Shown one piece after another: positions 59,901-64,000 of a stretch of DNA of 64,000 nucleotides (positions are counted from its first letter, which is position 1; each line of letters starts with the position of its first letter). A model generated the notes under the pieces. The model had not been told where the DNA came from, made no database searches, and saw only the letters and a list, made by a program, of their open reading frames with translations. The stretch lies in NCBI GenBank assembly GCA_964479375.1, contig CAYZKD010000001.1, forward strand, positions 7,540-71,539, in the 5' to 3' direction. Source of the stretch: an uncultured Candidatus Saccharibacteria bacterium (GTDB lineage Bacteria; Patescibacteriota; Minisyncoccia; Minisyncoccales; GWA2-38-27). A program made the position numbers and the translations under genes.

Positions 59901-61438
59901 GATATCACTACGCCGCAGGCATGAGTAGAGGCGTGCCGGGCCACTCCTTCTAATTTCAGAGCCAAATCTATTAATCTTTTTGCCTGTTCGTCTGATTGGT
60001 ATAAGTCCTTGAACTCTTTTACTTTCTTTAAGGTTTCTTCCAGAGAGAACCCAAAGGGAATCATCTTGGCTATTTTATCGCAATAGCCATAGCTGTAATT
60101 TAAAACCCTGCCCACGTCTCTTATTACGGCCCTGGCTGCCATTGTTCCAAAAGTTATAATTTGGGCTACTCTTTCTCTTCCATATTCTTGGGCGACATAA
60201 GATATTACTTCGTCTCTTCTTCTGTCTGCAAAGTCAAGGTCAATATCTGGCATAGAAACTCTTTCCGGATTTAAGAATCTTTCAAAGAGAAGATCGTATT
60301 TAAGGGGGTTAATATTAGTGATATTCAGAAGATAGGCGGCCAAAGATCCGCCCACAGAGCCCCTTCCCGGTCCTACAATGATGCGGTTTTCTTTTGCCCA
60401 GTTAACAAAGTCCTGAACAATAAGAAAATAAGAGGCAAAACCCGTCTGTTTGATTACAGACAACTCGTATTCTAGGCGGTCTTCCATTTCTTTTTTATAA
60501 TTCTTCCCGAATTTTTCTTCTAATCCCCTATAGCACAATTCTTTTAAATGTTCCTCTGTTGTTTTTTTATCTGGCAAGTCAAACCTAGGTAGTTTCGTCT
60601 TTCCCAGTTCAAGTTCAAAATTGCACTTTTCTGCTATCTTTTGGGTATTCTCTATGGCCTGAGGCACGTTCTTGAAGGCTTTCTTCATTTCTTCGGGAGA
60701 CTTTAAGGAGAGGTCTTCGGTCTTCATGGTGAGACGTTCGGGATCGTTTTGGTCGGCCCCGGTGTTTATCATCATTAAAATATCTTGAGCCTGTCCGTCT
60801 TCTGTTTTCAAATAATGAACGTCATTAGTGGCTACCAGAGGGATATCAAGCTCTTTTGCCATGGGGATTATAGATTTATTGACTTTAACCTGGCCTTCGT
60901 TTTGAGGATGGTGCTGTATTTCTAGATAAAAATCTTCTCCGAAAATCTTTTTGTATTTTAAAGCCACTCTTTTAGCCTCCTCTTCTTTTTTAGCCAGAAT
61001 AAGGCGAGGAATTTTTCCCTGTATACAGGCCGTACAGGCGACGAGCCCTTCGGAATATTGTTCTAAAATCTCTTCGTCTATTCTTGGTTTATAATAAAAG
61101 CCCTCAAGATGGGCTTTGGTCACTAATTTTACAAGGTTTTCGTATCCCTTTTTGTTCTTGGCAAGCAGGAGAAGATGATATCTGGTATCGTCAATTCTGG
61201 GTCTTTTCTGTTGCCTGCTCTCGTAGGCCTGATAGACCTCGCACCCTATGATTGGTTTTATGCCTCTTTCTTTGGCTTTTTGGAAGAATTCTACTGCGCC
61301 ATACATTACCCCATGGTCGGTAAGAGCCAAAGAGTCCATGCCCAATTCCTTTGCGTAATCTAAAAGTTCTTCGGGCTTGGCTAGCCCGTCTAATAAGGAG
61401 TAGTGGGAGTGGACGTGCAGGTGGGTAAATTTAGACAT
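56963..61438 (-). CDS. dnaE: DNA polymerase III alpha subunit with intein
   Basis: PHP HLHVHSHYSLLDG, GPGRGS, MPDIDLDF, GLLKMDFLGL, OB fold. Confidence 0.98.
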   Translation of the reverse strand: MSKFTHLHVHSHYSLLDGLAKPEELLDYAKELGMDSLALTDHGVMYGAVEFFQKAKERGIKPIIGCEVYQAYESRQQKRPRIDDTRYHLLLLAKNKKGYENLVKLVTKAHLEGFYYKPRIDEEILEQYSEGLVACTACIQGKIPRLILAKKEEEAKRVALKYKKIFGEDFYLEIQHHPQNEGQVKVNKSIIPMAKELDIPLVATNDVHYLKTEDGQAQDILMMINTGADQNDPERLTMKTEDLSLKSPEEMKKAFKNVPQAIENTQKIAEKCNFELELGKTKLPRFDLPDKKTTEEHLKELCYRGLEEKFGKNYKKEMEDRLEYELSVIKQTGFASYFLIVQDFVNWAKENRIIVGPGRGSVGGSLAAYLLNITNINPLKYDLLFERFLNPERVSMPDIDLDFADRRRDEVISYVAQEYGRERVAQIITFGTMAARAVIRDVGRVLNYSYGYCDKIAKMIPFGFSLEETLKKVKEFKDLYQSDEQAKRLIDLALKLEGVARHASTHACGVVISADPLTNSVPLQRPTQNDETIVTQYEMHAIEDLGLLKMDFLGLKNLTIIEDTLARIYVVRNKEKVDIEEIPLDDEKTFQLLQQGNTTGVFQLEGGGIRRFLKQLKPVKFEDIIAMVALYRPGPMQFLPDFIERRHGRQKTEYLHPKLKPILEETNGICIYQEQLMRIAREIAGFTLSEADILRKAVGKKIEKLLHGQKKKFIEGTVKNGIKKEVGEKIWQWILPFARYGFNKCVTGDTKIINPETGERVKVTDLLNDKKRAKGAFSLSKDLKIKKSKIVDVFSNGRKPVFEVRTKTGKRIKVTKNHPFLTGDGWKKLEEIKVGERVATPRIVPEPSKPVDIEDHKVAILGYLLAEGNFCHPRGFYFYSKSKEEIEDYIRYLEKFDNTLGRKDYKKKAIAVYSKRKNRKEKSEAVEWIRGLGLHNKKATQKFLPEFVFQLPESKVALLAAKMFQGDGCINFKNKLPAIFYSTSSAAIAEAFQSLLLRLGIISVIHKKKFRYREGVKIGYTINISRHDNIQKFIKHLSPYSLKEKKGVLEEIKKAHPILNGTIKPWPARGSRDIVPANIVVDIMRQTAEREMLTFAQISRENSFSKRLFLKDPEKKGYLREAVSFISQSMHSKELEKYATSDVFWDEIASIAPKGTEETFDLTIKDTHNFIANDIFVHNSHSTAYAMIAYQTAYLKAHYPVEFMASLMTSERNDVEKIAILIENAREMDIETLPPSLNESLKNFTVIPDKKQIRFGLLAIKNVGENVVDAIVKEKKERGPFKSIGDFAERMDSGVLNKKSLESLIRAGVFDEFGERNRLFQNMERVLEAVREKSKSKENGQKGLFDGSKFNNHLNLASAEPVSNFKKLGWEKELLGLYISSHPLEDYRNVFKEGALSLAKIGTSLTNRRVRVGGIISGIKKILTKNGKSMLFMQLEDLTGKREVVVFPSIMEKNPDVFEENKVVFVSARVDDRQGEIKLIAEAIEEIVNSS
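57902..59206 (-). mobile_element. DnaE intein (435 aa, LAGLIDADG)
   Basis: YGFNK|CVTGDT...TKNHPF...TFDLTI...HNF...FVHN|SHST; ILGYLLAEG and AKMFQGDG. Confidence 0.94.
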
Positions 61439-61526
61439 AAGTCCAGATTTATATTATAGCATTTTAACTTGATTGTGTGGAGAAAGCAAGTTTCTTTTTT
61501 CTTTGCTCTTGTTATAGAATAAGGCA

Positions 61527-62168
61527 ATGGAAAAACCAGATCTTAAAGAGGAAAAAATTGCTTGGAGGAAGGGGCACAGAAGAATATTGGGAGTAGACGA
61601 ATCCGGCAGAGGTTGCCTGGCAGGTCCGGTTGTGGCAGCGGCTGTTTCTTTGGATAGGCCTTCTAAGCATTTTTTAAATAAATTTCCGGGACTGAAAGAC
61701 TCCAAGAAACTTTCTGCTTCTAAAAGAGAGGATATTTTTAAACTCGCTCGTCTAGACCCGAGAGTAAAGTGGAGTGTTGCCAGGGTCTCAGGAAAAGTGA
61801 TTGATAGAATCAACATCTTTGAGGCTACAAAACTGGCCATGAAGAAAGCGGTGCTGAGCCTGGAGACAGATTTTATCCTTATAGACGGGATAATCAAGTT
61901 AGATCTTGATATCCCCCAGAAATATGTTGTTAGGGGAGACGACAGAATTTTCTCCTGTGCCCTGGCCTCTGTTTTTGCAAAAGTCATCAGGGACAAGGCC
62001 ATGGTAAAATACCATAAAAAATATTCTTGTTACGGCTTTGACAGGCACAAGGGATATTCCACTCGGTTGCATCAGAGCAATATTGAACAATACGGTTTAT
62101 GCAAAATCCATAGGAGAAGTTACGCTCCCTGCCGGCAAGCCCTTGCCAAAAGACGATTTTCTTGTTAG
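61527..62168 (+). CDS. rnhB: Ribonuclease HII
   Basis: GVDESGRGCLAGPV, LKDSKKL, LIDG, ASVFAKV.RD, HKGY. Confidence 0.96.
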   Translation: MEKPDLKEEKIAWRKGHRRILGVDESGRGCLAGPVVAAAVSLDRPSKHFLNKFPGLKDSKKLSASKREDIFKLARLDPRVKWSVARVSGKVIDRINIFEATKLAMKKAVLSLETDFILIDGIIKLDLDIPQKYVVRGDDRIFSCALASVFAKVIRDKAMVKYHKKYSCYGFDRHKGYSTRLHQSNIEQYGLCKIHRRSYAPCRQALAKRRFSC

Positions 62169-62180
62169 GTTATAAGATAA

Positions 62181-62613
62181 TATGGCAGTTCCAAAGCAGA
62201 GGAAAACAAAATCACGATCACAGGGTTTCCCCCGACCCCCTTTTAGAAACCCGCGGTTTCTAACATTTTTGGCTTTGCTCCGCTCGGCCAAAAGCCTGTT
62301 TTCCTACACGGGGGAAACCCCGATTTTGTTGAGATTTTGATTACTTTTTTTCTCCGGACATATTTTTTTTAATACTATATTATGGCAGTTCCAAAGCAGA
62401 GGAAAACAAAATCACGATCACAGGGTTTCCCCCGACCCCCTTTTAGAAACCCGCGGTTTCTAACATTTTTGGCTTTGCTCCGCTCGGCCAAAAGCCTGTT
62501 TTCCTACACGGGGGAAACCCCGATTTTGTTGAGATTTTGATTACTTTTTTTCTCCGGACATATTTTTTTTAATACTATATTATGGCAGTTCCAAAGCAGA
62601 GGAAAACAAAATC
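62181..62613 (+). mobile_element. Fold-back element copy C as two identical tandem 200-bp units, with the 33-bp rpmF start present three times
   Basis: TATGGCAGTT...AACAAAATC at 62181, 62381 and 62581; 167-bp inserts with 12-bp stem 62223-62234/62309-62320 followed by CGATTTTGTT, the complement of the target. Confidence 0.85.
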
Positions 62614-62860
62614 GAGGAGAGATAAAAGAAGGATGCATATTTCTGTCAAAAAACCTGATTTAACCGCTTGCCCCAAATGCGGCAGTTTGGTCAGGCCCCA
62701 TACGGCTTGTTCAAAATGCGGTTTTTACAGAGGGAGAGAGGTAATAAATATTATGGAAAAAATGGATAAAAAGGAAAGGAAGAAAAAGGAAAAAGAAATG
62801 GCAGAACAGGAAAAGCAGGAGAAAAAACCTTTAAATATGGAGAAATTGTCTCAGAAATAA
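62582..62860 (+). CDS. rpmF: 50S ribosomal protein L32 with charged C-terminal extension
   Basis: [21 protein letters not shown]...[11 protein letters not shown]. Confidence 0.96.
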   Translation: MAVPKQRKTKSRRDKRRMHISVKKPDLTACPKCGSLVRPHTACSKCGFYRGREVINIMEKMDKKERKKKEKEMAEQEKQEKKPLNMEKLSQK

Positions 62861-62864
62861 TAAT

Positions 62865-63296
62865 ATGGCCTCTCGTCATCTAGCTCGTTCTATTGCAATG
62901 CAAAGTCTTTACGAGTGGGACTTTTACGGCAAGACCAAAGGTTCTTTGGAAGAAATTACAAAAAGAAACATAAAGGAATTTGGACCCGGTCTCCAAGACA
63001 CTTCTTTTGTGAACAAGTTGGTCGATGGGGTAGTTTCTAATTTGGACAAAATCGATAAAATATTGGGGAAAGCAGCCCCGGAATGGCCCGTTGAACAAAT
63101 CACCATAGTGGACAGAAATGTATTAAGGCTGGGTCTTTATGAGTTGCTTTTTGGCAGCAAGGAAGAAGTCCCCCCAAAGGTGGCCATTAATGAATCTATT
63201 GAATTGGCCAAGAAGTTTGGAGGGGAGAGCTCTGGGAAGTTTATTAATGGAGTTCTGGGGACAGTTTACAAACAAATGCAAGAAGAAGATGAGTAA
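62865..63296 (+). CDS. nusB: Transcription antitermination factor NusB
   Basis: [37 protein letters not shown]. Confidence 0.97.
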   Translation: MASRHLARSIAMQSLYEWDFYGKTKGSLEEITKRNIKEFGPGLQDTSFVNKLVDGVVSNLDKIDKILGKAAPEWPVEQITIVDRNVLRLGLYELLFGSKEEVPPKVAINESIELAKKFGGESSGKFINGVLGTVYKQMQEEDE

Positions 63297-64000
63297 TTCC
63301 TCTGTTCCTGCCAGCCAAGAGTCTTTGAAAAAGAAATTTGGCCGGCTGGAAAAGAAAACAGGCATAAGATTTAAAAATAAAGACCTTCTTATTCGTGCTT
63401 TTGTTCACAGGTCTTTTTTAAATGAAGCTTCGAACAAAGGGTTAAGGCACAATGAAAGGTTGGAGTTTTTGGGGGATGCCGTTTTGGAGCACATTGTCAC
63501 AGACTTTCTTTTCAGGAAGTACCCAGACCAGTCAGAAGGAGTGTTAACCGCTTGGAGAGCTGCCTTGGTTAATTCCAAGACCTTGGCCGAAGTTTCTGAA
63601 GAATCGGGATTTGAGGATTTTCTTTTGCTTTCCAAGGGAGAGAATAACGACAGCAGGAAATCCAAACAGTATATTTTGGCAAACACCTTTGAGGCCTTTG
63701 TTGGCGCTTTGTATCTTGACCAAGGATTGAAAGTATGCGATAAATTTATTAGCAAAAACCTTCTTACAAAACTAGGCGAGATTATAAAGAATAATCTTTT
63801 TCTGGATTCCAAATCGCATTTTCAGGAAATGGCCCAAGAAAGGAAAAGAATAACCCCGGTCTATAAGGTTCTTAAAGAGTGGGGTCCAGATCACGCTAAG
63901 CACTTCATTGTTGGCGCCTATCTCGGCAAAGCGCTGGCAGCCAAGGGGGAGGGCCTTTCCAAGCAGGAAGCAGAAGAAAAAGCAGCTGAAAAAGCTCTTA
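63289..64000 (+). CDS. rnc: Ribonuclease III, runs off the window end
   Basis: Translated by hand from ATG 63289: [20 protein letters not shown], then dsRBD GPDHAK. Confidence 0.95.
   Translation, partial: MSNSSVPASQESLKKKFGRLEKKTGIRFKNKDLLIRAFVHRSFLNEASNKGLRHNERLEFLGDAVLEHIVTDFLFRKYPDQSEGVLTAWRAALVNSKTLAEVSEESGFEDFLLLSKGENNDSRKSKQYILANTFEAFVGALYLDQGLKVCDKFISKNLLTKLGEIIKNNLFLDSKSHFQEMAQERKRITPVYKVLKEWGPDHAKHFIVGAYLGKALAAKGEGLSKQEAEEKAAEKAL

Noticed and set aside
62181-62613. Possible CRISPR (33-bp repeat three times)
   Set aside because: The repeat is the rpmF coding start and the 167-bp intervals are identical.

Overview
Core-genome window of a Patescibacteria/CPR bacterium, probably Parcubacteria (inferred: no rpmD in the spc operon, no rplA after rplK, SD-less TAAttATG gene junctions, streamlined tRNA synthetases, two mreB genes; genetic code 11). 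It holds the S10/spc/alpha ribosomal clusters, several synthetases, gatCAB, murA/mreB, gyrB, a thymidylate cluster, miaA/miaB, dnaE, rnhB, rpmF-nusB-rnc and three tRNAs. Selfish elements are common: four inteins (two in GyrB, one in ThyX, one in DnaE) and a group I intron in the initiator tRNA. The main unexplained signal is a family of short fold-back elements at three loci (rplX/rplE, galT 3' end, rpmF 5' end, the last as two tandem copies). They share a structural core, are flanked by duplicated gene termini, and each carries a locus-specific reverse complement of its own insertion site. Other signals are three candidate structured RNAs, a Cas4-like pseudogene with a structured insert, an island remnant at tRNA-Asp, and a dUTPase fused to an apparently dead deaminase domain. 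All calls come from reading the sequence; no searches were run.
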